In this document: positions 25,791 to 39,622 of the stretch, in pieces | Numbering within the stretch: position 1 is the first letter of the stretch | Layout of the letters: each line of letters opens with the position of its first letter | Source: Octopus vulgaris | Lineage: Eukaryota | Direction: 5' to 3' | Length of the DNA: 64,000 nucleotides | Assembly: GCA_951406725.2 (NCBI GenBank) | Contig: OX597831.1 | Span: 38,006,001-38,070,000, forward strand | Notes under the pieces: model-generated | Seen by the model: only the letters and a program-made list of their open reading frames with translations | The model's database searches: none | Told to the model about the DNA's origin: nothing | Made by a program: the position numbers and the translations under genes

Positions 25791-28299
25791 TGTATCTATA
25801 TATGCAATAAAACCTTTTACAGCTGTCTATATAGATTGGTTAATGTAAATATATCGTTTAGATGCAGACGTCTGCGGTGGTCGCCCTGAGGTACGATAAT
25901 GTATGGACATTGTGTGTATAAAAACGCAACATATATATTTTTATATATATATATATGTATATATAAAGAAGAATGGTTTTCTTAGTCTCGTTTAGCAAGG
26001 ACACCAGATGCATGTCGATCTTTTGGGCCATTATCATTGGCGCGAAATCACAGCCGACTTCAAATCTAGACGATATTTGTCTGATACATAGGAAAACAGG
26101 AAAATATATATTCCTTTGAATAATTTTATTGTGACTATTTGCTGACCTCGCCTTGCATGTATAGAAGTGAACCATCAATGATCTGGACGTCAACATATTT
26201 GGAGTCTATCTTACTACAAAGTGAACTGCTAATGCTGTCTTAAGGTGTAGTCACACTTGGATCATTCACAGGTACCCATGACTTTAGAGAGACGAATATA
26301 TTATATTTATGCTGTTGATGATTACAAAAGGCCCCTACTCATTAATTTGGTGAGTGTCGTATATGTTTGTATCTTGACCCATTTCACGAAACGAAACAAA
26401 AGGAAGAATTAAAGGAATGAAGTAGCACTGCTGCCGGATATGGAAACTCGGACATCGGAATTTGTATTACATCACGTTTTATACCAAGAATCCAATAATC
26501 TCATCAAAGTAGAAGAATAAAAATAGAAACCAGATGGGATATTTAAATCAAATTCAGAATTGAAAGTGAATACATTTCAAAACCATACAAAAACATGGAA
26601 TGAAATGATTGGAAAAATCTGACAGCTACATGATAATAAGAATAAGTTGAGCTATTGAACTGTAGAAATATTGCTACATGCAAATAACATATCATCACAA
26701 GCTGTTTGAGTACACACACACACGTATATATACATATACATATATGAATAAATATGTACATATATACATATGTGTGTGTGTGAGTAGGTGTGTGTACATG
26801 AGTGTGTGCGTGTTTGAATTATTTGAATTGTTAATATACATTTACATATATACACACACACATATGTATATCTGAATTATTTGAATTGATAATATACATA
26901 CATACATACCTACATATACATATATATATATATATGTGTATGTGTGTGTGTGTGTGTATGTATATATATATATATGTGTGTGTGTATGTATATGTATGTA
27001 TGTATGTATGTTTGCATGCATGTGTGTATATATAATCCGGTGTGATTAATTTAATTTCGAAATACATCTCTTACGTCGAAAACACTTTTATTAATGTTGA
27101 AATTATAAGAAAATGAAACGTACTACCTCCACCAACACCAACACCACCACCGCCCACTACCAACGCTACCACCATCAACAACAACATCAACAGCAAGAAA
27201 TAAATTAAATTATATCAATAGAAATTTTAAAATTACGAAATAAAACAGACAATCGAATAAATAATCGAATCAGATAAATTAGTTGTAACATCAAAGGAAA
27301 ACCAAAGCAAATTATGTAAAAAGGAAAAGTATTCTATTCAAATTCTTAGATATAACTACAAAATATTCTATTTAAATAAGAAAAAAAGGTGTAGTTAAAA
27401 CAAACAAACAAAACAACCATCGCTTTTACGTAGTATGAAGGCTTTTCCCAATATTTTTATTGATACGAATATGGAAAACTCTCCAATATGAGGTAAGCAA
27501 AAGAGATTTAATGTCGTGTAGTAAAACAGAAATATCAATAAGCTTTCTCGTATTATCTTTCATAATCTTGTCACGGAGAAATTGATTTAAAACATAGGTG
27601 ACTATAAGTTCTTCTTCGATATTCTTCTACGACAAAACATGCTGTTGTAGATGAAAAATCAATAAAATATGTAGAAAACAATGCAATTATATGACCTTGG
27701 GGAGAAGTGAGGGAGAAGGGGAAAGATGGATGAAAATGCAGGGTTTTTTTTTTTAGGTAATGTAACACTCATATGTTTAACGAAACCACAACAAACAAGC
27801 CCTCATATCCACTCGAGCTGAAACGTCGAAGGGGCTATTTTCATAAAGTGCTGTTTGACACTTGGCCACGAGTTCAAATCCTTCATCTACAGTACGTCAA
27901 TCCTATCATTTAATGGGTATTGCGTTAAAAAGAAACTCTTAAATGTGACAGTAAAAAATGAATAATAGGGCAAATGGAAAAATGGATTTCACTCCGATAC
28001 CGTAAGTAGTACTGGACATTGCTGATAGCTACTCGGGCGCACTTTTGCGGTCTAAGCAGAGTCTTTGATTGATTGTCGGTTCGTGTTATCACAGATTGAT
28101 TCGTGAGGAGCGTAATCCGGTTCGCAATTAATGCAGCTCGTTATCTTCGATCAGTGATGGACGAATCACTTGTAAACTAGAATATATATGCAAGTAAGGA
28201 AGTAAATATTGTTAAATTTAGTGTTTATTGTTGTTATATCAATCATTCGTTCCCTGTGTAAAAGGCCATAAAGGCGCATCTCAGCAGTTCGAGCAGTAT

Positions 28300-29450
28300 A
28301 TGTCACATCACATTGCATTGCTGGACATATGCAACAATACATTGTTACAATGCATTACAATAAGAAAATCTCTGTTTAGAAAACTTCTCAGCAGCGTGTA
28401 TATACCCACAAAAACACCATCCTTACAAGAAATGTAGGATTGCACCGCACGGGTATCTTTCGAATGTTACCATCCGAAAGGTATTTTTTAAACCGAATAG
28501 TTACGTAGTGGTATTTAAAGCTTTTCTGATATTTTGCTTTCATTCGTAACTGACGGATATTCACGCAGACAATGTCAGCTTGTAAATCTTGTCTTCTGAT
28601 TGAATGAAAATGATCAATCTTTGCACTTCTGTAAGATTTCATTCAAAGTTCTCTAGAGTAAATGAGTCCAAACGCCCCAAGTCACACGTCGTGCGCATCT
28701 GGATATGCAAACTTATTACTGTCAATCTGCCATGTCACGTCACTTGCAGCTATTCACCTTCTTGGTAAATATCCTCCGCACAGGCATCATTTCATATTTT
28801 GCCGTTTATTGCTTTGGTACACTCTTGGGGTGGATCGTATTGACGACCTTACAGATCTAATGTTCTAAAAAAGAATTATTTCACGTTCTCAACTCGAAAG
28901 TTTTAAATTTTCTATGACTTGATGTATTTTTTCTCTTGCAGTCGATGTTTTCTAAGATTTCTTTAATTTTCTTCTAACTTTTGCGTACCAATTTGGTTTT
29001 GTTTGATTATTATGAAAATGAAATCTCTTTGTTTCATAAATTAATAAATAAAAAGTTAATATCGTTTAACATTTCAAAATTTTTGGTAATTCTAATCAAT
29101 CGGAAGCTACGAATATAGTGCCACCGTGGTTCACATTGAGTCTGCAGTCTAACCGAACCAACAATACCACGTAGATTTTCTTTGCCGGTGTGTTATATCT
29201 GACGACGAAATCCTGTATATTTGTACTTCATTTTCGTTAGTACCTCATTTCCATCTTTTTCACTTGTGTTTTCGAGAAACGAAGCATCTTTTCGGTTGCT
29301 GCCATCACAGAGTTAGTTTGAAATTTTGTTAACCCATTTTCATAATTTTTGAAAATTTAGTAATTCTTTACGTGAATTGAACTACAATATAACTTGCGAA
29401 CGTTTTTGTCATTTTTCGAAAAATACACTCTTTGTGTAGTTCGGCTTCAA
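28300..29450 (-). pseudogene. Highly decayed MULE/SWIM-type transposase remnant
   Basis: Fragmentary minus-strand peptides: FNSRKELLNFQK...MKYKY..F (ZSWIM3/FAR1-like N-terminus), K*CLCGGYLPRR*IAASDVT (resembles W....LP..G..TNN) and RCNPTFL (SWIM-like); many stops and frameshifts. Confidence 0.4.
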
Positions 29451-30139
29451 AATTGTGTACATGTCTGTACGATCGTTTTACATCCCTTTATAACATTTTA
29501 AACCTTACAACTCACATCTTAATGTTTTGCTTCCGTGTTGTTTACTAAAAGTTCGTCGTTGTAATACCTGCTTTAATTTTGTGACAGAGAGCTCTCAAGC
29601 AGAAAATGCATGTTTCCAAATTGTGCTTTCTGATTGGCTAAAAATTATCGAATTTCGCATTACTGTAACTCTCTGGAATAGATGAACCACAAAATCTGGA
29701 ATAAATAAATCACAGAATTACGCCAATATACCAAATTTGAAAATGTTCACTTACTTTTAAAATTGTGATATCTGTGATATCTATGGAAAGGAGCCGACTT
29801 CAATAGTATACACAGTTATATATAAATATGACTTTATATTCAAAAGCCTCTCTATTACTCTCCTTCTCCTCTCTCTCTCTCTATCTCGCTCTCTCCATTT
29901 ATGTGTTTGCGTAGGTATGCTATATGTCTATTCACACATAAAACAAAACGCCAACACACACGTTTATTTGTGAGTGTGTGTGCCTGCTTGCTTGTGGATG
30001 TCATTGCTCTCATTATTTCTCATAAGCTCCGATCGTGCAGGTACATGAACACAGGTGTTTCGTAACGAGTTAATGTGCAATAGATTATAAGATTTCCGCA
30101 TGTACTTAAATTAAGTAGATGGACCTGTAGTTATTGATG

Positions 30140-30480
30140 GTGCATCCAAACGTCGCAAGTAACAAGTCGTGTTTATTTGCATATCTGCATTCGCTATCTG
30201 CATACCTGCATTACATTGCCGTACATATTTCTTATCGTTTATCACTCTCTTGTCACGTCATTTGCAGATATTCCCATTCACGGTAGATCATCTCCACTCA
30301 TGCACCATTTCTTTCTTTGCTTTTCATCGCTGCGGTATATTCCTAGAGAACCTTCTCCTTTCAAAGTTGTTGACCTTGCGACTGAATAAGAAACAGCCGT
30401 ATTTTCTTCTTGGTTCATTAGATTCCACGTTCATATCGGCCCTTTTACTCAAAATTGCAACTGATAGTCACTAGCAGTAA
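30140..30480 (-). pseudogene. Second decayed copy related to the 28.7-kb transposase remnant
   Basis: 30250-30325 aligns at the nucleotide level with 28730-28810; minus strand QRKKWCMSGDDLP*MGISANDVT. Confidence 0.4.
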
Positions 30481-30964
30481 AATCAAATGAAACAAGATAT
30501 ATTTTGTATGATCACCACCAGGGCCAATAACTCTAATATTATTTATAATATATTGATAGAAGTTAGGTAGAAATTTAAGAGCATACTACAAGACAAAACG
30601 TCTTAAGGTATTTTTCTGGTTCTTTACTTTTCATCAATTCTAAGTCGGTGATTAAAGGCCGCCTATCTTTAGAATATGTCTAAAGTATTGCCTTGTGTTA
30701 AATTTACTGTATCCTCTGCTCTGTAAATTCTGTGCTATAAAGATTGTGTTAAATTTTATCACTTTATCCAGCGCTCTTTATAATTTACAGCAGAACGTCT
30801 CATGGAAGACGGAACGCTAGTGTCACCATAAACGAAGAAACATTCGAATATGTCAACGTGTTCTCACAGAGAAAAATAATACGATACAGAACCTGCCAGA
30901 AAATGGCACTACATGCTGTATACTAACAAAAGATGGTAATATAAAGTAAAATCATACGTATAAA

Positions 30965-31479
30965 TCTATATATATATAAAACTGTAGTTGTGTGAGTGTC
31001 TGTCCCCTTCGATTTAGATTCCTAACTACTCCCACATTTTGCGGTGCAGTTTAACCAAATTCGGGTATCTTATAGTCGTGATTCATATCGAGCCCGTCTG
31101 GCTATTAGCGCGCGTCTACGATGAGTCTACGATTTTAAAAATAATTTAACATCATTTTTTATTCCATTTTAATGCATAATTTTTCGTGTGTCGATGGCGG
31201 CGGAGTTGGCGTCCATGGTCACACCTGCATCTGTTTGCTTCTCCCCCTTCTTCCCTCCCTCGTGAAGCTGTGGGGAAGGGAGTGTAAGGAAATCAACGTC
31301 GTAAAGCGTTGTCAAGGAGACCAGCGTTCTTTTAGAACAACGACTTCATGGCTTGAAGACACCAAAACAGAAATGGCTAAGAAAGCCCGAATTGGCATAT
31401 ATAAGGGAAGTAACTCTCTAAAAATGCTTATATAGTTATTTCCCTTACAAACCCGAGCAACGCCGGGCGATACTTCTAG
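30965..31479 (+). mobile_element. Non-autonomous Helitron
   Basis: A|TCTATATATATATAAAA 5' end; subterminal hairpin CCCGAGCAACGCCGGG; CTAG|T 3' end; inserted between A and T. Confidence 0.85.
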
Positions 31480-32384
31480 TTACATATAAAATACATATAG
31501 AGTACAATCATACATATCCAAACACACTCGTACGGCGCACACTCTCGGGCATACACACGCACAGACTTACACACTCGCAAACACACAAACATACAAATAT
31601 GTGAATATACACATATGATGTGGAAAATATTCCATAAATATTGGACAAATGATCTTGGTATCAATTTTGAAATCCACCCAAGACTTGGTCCGCGTGCTAT
31701 CTGCTCACTACAAAAATCGAACTCAAGACAAATAACAATATAACGAAACAAATACTTTACCTCAACAGGTCCAGCTCTCTTTAATATTACACCAAAATAC
31801 CAAAAAGGCGGGGGATCAGATCCCATAAAACTCAAAGGTTTTCTGCACAAATTTCTCTAAAACCTCCCAGATATGTCTCCACCAATAATAACTATTTGCT
31901 AGACTGAGTCAAGGAGTACCATATATGACCGACGTGTGTATCACACCCCAAAAGTTTTCACCAGAGGGTGTTACTAAGCTACACATGGCCTGGGCTTACA
32001 ACCCATCTAAGTTATATAAGTTATGTATAATATATCATATATTGGTTTTTACCGAAGATGGCCAGGAATTTTTCTGGAAGCTAGTCTGTTAGATCCATTC
32101 TTACTACACTTTTAATTATGGGTGTACAAACGCTTATCTATTTATATATATTTATATACACACAAATGTATATAATCGTATACATGAATATATTTGTGTA
32201 TATATTTTTACATCCACAGTGTGTGTGGGGGTGTCTATATATGTCGGAGCTGGGTATATATGTATATATGTATGCGTGTTTGTGTGTATGTTCTGTATAG
32301 AAATGTATATATATATATGTATATATATATATATGTAATGTACAGGTACGTGTGTGTGTGTATACCTATATATGTACTTATATG

Positions 32385-32585
32385 TAGTTGAAATGTACAG
32401 AAAAACAAAAGACGAAGACAGGTGTATAAACAACAGTCAGGTGTATTCGTTTAACGCTCGGGAAGGTGAGAATGTCTTTTTACGTTTCGAGCCTACGCTC
32501 TTCAACAGAAAGGAACACGAGGAAATAAACAGAGAGAATAAAGAAAAAAATCCTTTTGGATTTAGCGGTCAATGATGGCGACTGA
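32385..32585 (-). mobile_element. Repeat bearing an HHR-like motif (family H)
   Basis: Minus strand TTT-CTGTTGA-A-GAGC(GTAG)GCTC-GAAA-CG-TA-AAA at 32476-32513. Confidence 0.75.
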
Positions 32586-32588
32586 CTG

Positions 32589-33939
32589 TAATTTGAGGGG
32601 ATAATACAAAAGTTATTTATGATTTAGTGATTTACTGCAAAACCCATGACGGCCACAAGGATCAGAATGGTTGAAAAAATGACAAAATAAAAAAAATGAC
32701 AGAGAATACTGGAATTATTTAATATTTAGTGTGAAGCCCTTTAGCTTCAATCACACTTTGACATCTTCGACTGCATGAGGAAATTAAATTTTCAATTTCT
32801 TGCTAGGTGATCTTATTCCATTCTTCCTGAAGGGCATTCCATAATCGCTCGGTTGTTTTAGGATTTCTGGCTTTCAAACGTTCTCCTAGATTATTCCACA
32901 CATTTTCAATAGGATTGAGATCTGGGCTTTGAGCAGGCCAATCCATAATAATAACCTTTTCAGCCTTGAGGAAGTTCATGACCACATTAGCCTTGTGACA
33001 TGGGGCATTGTCCTGCATGAATATGGGTGGTCGCTTAGTTGAATTTCTCAGGACAGGCAAGACATGATCTTTTACAAGTTGTATATAAACTCCTGCATTT
33101 ACCTTTCCATGTAATCGCACCAAAGAGCCCACACCATCTCCAGATATCATTCCCCAAACCATGACACTTGCTCCACCGAATTTAACACTAGTCTTAAGGC
33201 ATTTAGGCGACAATTTTTCACCTACTTTTCAACGAACGTACCTTTTCCCATCTGAGCTAAATAACATAAACTTAGATTCATCACTGAAATGCGCCGTTTG
33301 CCATTTCTTTTGAGACCACAACACATGTTCGGTTGCAAAGGTAAGACGACACTTTTTTATTTTTGGAGCTGATCAGTGGCTTCACTGCAGGTGATTTTGC
33401 TTGTAGGTTATGTTCAACTAAACGATGAGACACAGTTTTTCGAGATAACGTTTTCTTCAGTACACCGCTCATTTCCCGACAAACAGCAGCAGCAATTTTA
33501 AATCTGTCCTTTTTAACCAACTGTACCATAGCACGATCTTCTCTCTTGGTCGTTTTTCTTGGCCTACCTGTAGACTTCCTTGCTTCACATGAACCACAAT
33601 CATCGAATACCTTAAGAATACCGTGAACAACACGTTTTGACTTGTTAACAATCTTTGCAATAGACTCAATACTTAAATTATCCTTCTTTCGAAGTTTAAT
33701 AATCTGTTGACGAATTGGTAACGGGGTAAGTGGCATTATATAAACAAAGTACACTGCAGATATTATTACTAATGTTTAGTAAACGAACCATCACGTGAAG
33801 AAATTCAAAACATTAGAGTTCGCCAGTTTAATATACTAAAACACGGAGTAAAAGCAACCTTTCTGATCATTTTGACCGCCATGGGTTTTGCGGTATATCA
33901 CTAAATCATCCTTAACTTTTGTATTATTCGCTCAAATTA
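32589..33939 (-). mobile_element. Tc1-family DNA transposon with ~85-bp terminal inverted repeats
   Basis: TIRs at 32589-32673 and 33855-33939 (about 12 mismatches) flank the transposase; the exact outer ends are uncertain. Confidence 0.9.
32719..33736 (-). pseudogene. Tc1 DD34E transposase with one frameshift (A-run at ~33355) and two in-frame stops (~33230, 32803)
   Basis: N-terminal HTH with GRPRKTT; FSDESKF; VMVWG; FMQDNAPCH; WPAQSPDLNPIENVW with 34 residues between D and E; ends KGLHTKY*. Confidence 0.92.
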
Positions 33940-34840
33940 GACCACAATCTCAGGCAATAACAATTAATATCGTATTTATTGTGTGTGAAAATTATAGAAT
34001 ATAAAGCAACTTTGATAAAACTTATACCTACTTTTCTTGCGAAGACTATGCCGTTCTGAAAATGTTGGCCTCAACTGAATATAACTTATACTACTATTTA
34101 ATTGAACACCATGCATCCCTTTTCAAGCGAATATATATATATGAGTGTGTGACTTTATGTGTATGTGCAAGTATGCATGTACGTGTGTGTGTGTGGATAT
34201 ATATATATATGTGTGTGGGTGAGTTCGTGTATTTATGTATGTACATGTATGTACACTATGTCTACGAACTTAATGCGTATGTTTTTGACCATATTGGTAA
34301 TTATACTTGCTAGCAGGTTCTTATTTTGTCTATTACGGCTCTTTACAAAACCATTTCATACGAAAATGACCACTCCAAAAATGTCCATTCATTATTCTTG
34401 GTCTACTTAATTCTCCGTCGAATCTCTTGCTTTTTTTTGTGTCTGTGTATGTATATATTTGTGATTATATGTGAATGAATAGTTGTATATATGTGCTTGT
34501 GCTTTTCTGCGTGTAGGCGTGTGTAATGTCTTATGCTTTTCTGCTTGTGTGTACTTTTTATATGTATGAGTACGTCTCTCTCCCCTCTTTCTCTCTCTCT
34601 CCATACACATATGTTTATAGGGCATGTGTACAGGTGCGCGTGTGTGTCTGAGTACTTTAGTGTTTGTATATATGTATGTGTTTATGTTTGTAATTAAACA
34701 CTCCCTATTGACTACAAGAATCACCCTTTCTAAACTTAAAATCATCAAACTATAATAGTGCAAACATTTTCAGGAAAGCAATTTCTGTTCATTTTATACA
34801 AATATATAATAGTGTAGCAAGGATATTCTATACCTTATTC

Positions 34841-34886
<46 letters not shown>

Positions 34887-34994
34887 GTGTATGTGCGTGT
34901 GTGTGTACATATCATATCGTATCATATATATATATATATATATACATACATATATATATGTGTGTGTGTGTGTACGTATGTATATATATATATA

Positions 34995-35580
34995 TACATA
35001 GGAAAATACAAAATGGGACAACAAAACATCCAGATAGACGATACAAAGAAAACAAGGACGGATCATTCGCAGTTACTTTCCTCAGTCGATTACCTGATTA
35101 TCTTCGGAATTTCGGTTGATTATACTCGAGATTACTCCAATCTGGCCAGCCCTAAAGAAAAACTAAGCTAAGAGCATTAGATTTCTTGGAAGAAAGCAGC
35201 GAATGTACGAAAACAAGGACGAGAAAACACGCAGAATGTTTCACAAATACAATAAAAATAATATAAACAGGACAAAACAATAGGTGTCTTTCAACTAAAT
35301 TAAACGGTAGTGTGTGGAAATAAAGCCTTACGACAGGGATACAGTGTTCGAAAGAGCATGGAGGAATATCGGTGCTGCAAGGACGACGGCCGGACAGGAA
35401 GAAAGATCAGGCTTGTGAGAACGCCGGTCAGGTGGGAAGAGAAAAGAGAGGTAGATGCAGAGAGACAGAAAAAATAAAGAGGGCCGAGAAAAAATGACAG
35501 GGACACAGTGAAGTGTAAGGTGGAAGGAAAGTGAGCAAGAACAGAAGGCAAGGAAATGTGAATGAGTGGGACACAAACAC
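34995..35580 (-). repeat. Unclassified repeat between (TA)n tracts, partly homologous to 39700-39760
   Basis: Minus strand TCGACTGAGGA...GAATGATCCGTCCTTGTTT versus 39716 TCGACTGTAGA...GAATGACCCATCTTTGTTT. Confidence 0.45.
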
Positions 35581-35593
35581 ACATATACATTTA

Positions 35594-35688
<95 letters not shown>

Positions 35689-36646
35689 ATGTAAATATAT
35701 ATACCCCCGACACACATATATATATATATGTGTGTGTCGTTATGTCTGTGCTTTCCTCACCCCGGTGACAACCCCGGTGTTGGTGTGTTTGTGCCCACAT
35801 ACCTTAGCATTTTGGCAAAATAGACCAACATAATAAATACTAGCTTAAAGCAATTAAATCTTCAGGGTTCATGTGATGGAATGAAAACCTTGAAGGCTAT
35901 GCCCCAGCATGGCCGCAGTCGAAAGACTGAAATAAGTAATAAAGAAAAAAATTTGAGTTTTAATAAAATTTATCTTCATAAAATAAAATGGAAGATAGTC
36001 TTGTTAAAATGTTCATTTGAATCTAAAACAATACTTGAAATTCTTGTTTAAATTTCGTATTAAAATTACCTGTATTTGTTTAACGAAAGAAAAATACATG
36101 GAACAGGTATTTGTATTTATTGGAGCAACAATTAAATATGTTAATAATTTTTTACGATTCCTCGAAATTAATAACTTCGTTATTGATTATTACATTGTGA
36201 ATTAGTTAATTTAACTTAAATATTAAAATTTAAAATTAACTTGACAGTCAAATATAAGACGATATGAAGTTATGAAAAAATATTGCAGATGTCCGTATTT
36301 TTAGCAAACAAGCATAATATAAAAATATTATGATATAGTTGGGTGATTGAATTAGTCAAGGAGAAATAATTGCGATTCATAAATACATTTATATTATATT
36401 CGCTAATTTCATCGCTGAAATTTCATATATGTATAACGTATTAAAGTATTCGAATAAGATTTAATTAAATACGTAAAAGTGAATCACATGTCGACTTCCA
36501 GAAGAGCAGTACGGGAAAGTGTAGACATATTAAATGGGATGCTTTTAAATAAAATTCACTGTTTCTAGCATAAACACAATGACAAATTTAAGAAGCAGAT
36601 TAGAGGATTACAAAAACAACAACAACAACAACAATACGAATAATAA

Positions 36647-36857
36647 TCCTGTCTACTATAGGCACAAGGGATCAAATGTGTGGGGAAGGACTAGTCGATT
36701 ACATCGATCTTAGTGTTTCACTAGTACTTAATTTATCGACCGCGAAAGGATGAAAAGTAAAACCGACCTCAGCAGAATTTGAACTTAAAACGTTGCGACG
36801 GGCGAAATACCGCTAAGCATGTCGTACGGCGTGCTAACGATTCTACCATCTCGCTGC
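36647..36857 (-). mobile_element. Family A SINE
   Basis: Reverse complement of the family A head, B-box and central motif; adjoins (AAT)n. Confidence 0.8.
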
Positions 36858-36874
36858 TTATAATAATAATAATA

Positions 36875-36923
<49 letters not shown>

Positions 36924-36924
36924 C

Positions 36925-36977
<53 letters not shown>

Positions 36978-36978
<1 letters not shown>

Positions 36979-37355
36979 TGGCTGACGATATGTGCATCTC
37001 TGATCACGAGCAGAAGTAGTGGGGGAGCATCATAGCCATGTGTTGAGGGGGATTCTTTGGGGTTTGAATAATTCACCTCTGGAAACATGGGTGGTTCTTT
37101 CAACATCCTTAAACAACCCTTATTCAGGGACCTTTTGAGCGGGATGGGCTACCCAACCTGAAGAAAATTCTAACTGGGCCCCACCTGCAAGGTCATGTGC
37201 TGTTTATCTTGATATGAGATCAGCATGTCGCGCACATATGGTTGTGATGCATGTGCCTGGTGTACCCTTATGAGATGGGTAGTCATGACGGGTATATTGG
37301 GCTTCGTATATTTTACCCCAGTGTCACTTTGATGGCATGAACTGCTCTCTCACTC

Positions 37356-37356
<1 letters not shown>
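36978..37356 (+). mobile_element. 5'-truncated copy of the ~550-bp (AAT)n-embedded element
   Basis: Near-identical to 43261-43634; (AAT)n on both sides. Confidence 0.85.
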
Positions 37357-37416
<60 letters not shown>

Positions 37417-37510
37417 GAAGAAGAAGAAGAAGAAGAAGAAGAAGAAGAAGAAGAAGAAGAAGAAGAAGAAGAAGAAGAAGAAGAAGAAGAAGAAGAAGAA
37501 GAAGAAGAAG

Positions 37511-37542
<32 letters not shown>

Positions 37543-37549
37543 GAAGAAG

Positions 37550-38025
37550 ACAGGCCTGACAGAGCAGCACAATATTTTCACTGGATAACTTACGAAAAAC
37601 TTGACCTGCGCCATGATGAAAACTGGTGGGACCACAAACCAACTCTAGTGCTTAAATATGATCAGACCTCACTCTTCTGGAACTCCTCCATTCCAACTGA
37701 CAGACAGATAGATGCGAATATGCCAGACATTATATTGAAAGACTTCAGGCAAAAATCATGCCTCCTTATTGATATGACTGTCTCAATCGACATAAACGTA
37801 TCTGTCAAGACTTACCAAAAACTATTGACATAGATATTGAAAATATTGAAATAGAAATTGACAAAATGTGGAACCTCCTGACTAAAACAATACCTGATGT
37901 CATAGGTGCCCTAGGAATGATACCAAAAGGCTGATTCCTATCTGGCTGAAATACCAGAAAACCCCAAAATGGAAGAAATTCAAAGGATAGTGCTCATGGT
38001 AACTGCCCATATCCTACGTAAAATA
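37550..38025 (+). pseudogene. R4/Dong-like RLE endonuclease fragment
   Basis: HW...WWDHKP...LFWN..IPTDRQIDANMPDIILKD...CLLIDMTV...EIEIDKMWNL...IGALGMI...TAHILRKI (PD..D nuclease); follows (AAT)n(GAA)n. Confidence 0.85.
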
Positions 38026-38935
38026 GATGTGTGTTGTTGTGTCTGTGGTTCCCCCACACTCGTTTGACCAGCGATGTTGGTATTTTCACGACTCGCTATA
38101 ATATGTCCTGGGGAGGATTTGTTCGACTAAAGGTGGTGCTCCAGCATGACCGCAGTCATATGACTAAATCAAGTAAAAGAAAAGAAAAGAAAAGAGAAGT
38201 TTGACAGGCTAGAAATAGAAGCAACAAGGTGAAAGAGAAAGACCGAAAGAAAGAAATAATCAAACAAACAAGGCAGGGCTACAAAGAAGGAGCAGGGTAC
38301 AATCACACCGATTATGTGTAAACTTAGTGTTAATAAACACCTGGTAGTGGGTTGCGAACTGTTAATTGATAAATGCATTGTAAACAAACAACAGATAAAA
38401 AATGTATACGTATAAGACAACGAAGGCTCATTAATTCTTCATTAGTTATCAACCAGAATTGTAATACTTCGCACCTTTGATTATTGATGAAGAATGAGAG
38501 AAGCTTTGTATCTTATACGTATACAATTATTAACAGGAAGTTTACATATATTCGGTGTAACACTACACTGCTCTGTCTTTCTTTTTTGACTGAATAAAGT
38601 AACACAATAAAACAATACACATACCTCCCTGTTTTTGACCTGCCATTTTGACCTGCTAATGTACCCACACAACACTCCTTTATTCTACTACTACTAGCCT
38701 GCTACCGTGTTGTTCGCCATACACACGCACACACACACACGCATACACTCACACACACACACTTGTCATCTTCGCACACCTTCTTTACCATACCGTCTTT
38801 GATATAGCTCTCCTGTTTTTTAAAAACATTTTCTTCTACTCTAACCACTTCCGTCTTTTAGTATGTGACCTCGTCTCTATCACTAGCGATTTTTTTTCCT
38901 CTGTCTTTCCTTCTCGGGACCTTTCCTTCTCCTAT

Positions 38936-38970
38936 GTTTCCGACGAAGAGCTCCGCTCGAAACGTCAAAC
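38936..38970 (+). ncRNA. Minimal type I hammerhead ribozyme (U4C variant) in a PLE-like tail ending at (TA)n
   Basis: GTTT-CCGACGA-A-GAGC(TCC)GCTC-GAAA-CG-TC-AAAC; stems I and II pair perfectly; palindromic ACGT stem III. Confidence 0.7.
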
Positions 38971-39055
38971 CCTCCTTCTTCGCTTCTTTCCTGAGCGTCC
39001 AATAATACTTTATTTGTTCCACGTACTTGCGTTGTTTTTTTCTTTGGATTAACTT

Positions 39056-39291
<236 letters not shown>

Positions 39292-39528
39292 GTGTGTGTG
39301 ATTGTGTATAGAAGAATATATTAATAAAAACAATTCCAACCTTGTCTGATTTTCACGTTTTATTTACAATCTTATAATGATATATTATAAGATAATATAT
39401 TATAATTGAATAAAATAAAATGAAATAGTAGAATGTTAAATATTCATTCTGATTGAACTATATATGCATTGAATTCTGCAATCTTCGGGTTCATGTAGTA
39501 GTGTTGACAGTCATGCTTCACAATTTTT

Positions 39529-39582
<54 letters not shown>

Positions 39583-39622
39583 GAGACCAACAGTGTACGT
39601 ACGCCGCTATATGTACATACAA

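Noticed and set aside
30170-30330. piggyBac-like reading KKEMV...CK*RDKRV
   Set aside because: The homologous copy at 28.7 kb has the same stop in that frame; another frame reconciles both copies better and resembles MULE
37414-37833. 139-aa acidic protein with a nuclease-like C-terminus
   Set aside because: Chance fusion of (GAA)n to a frameshifted RLE LINE fragment
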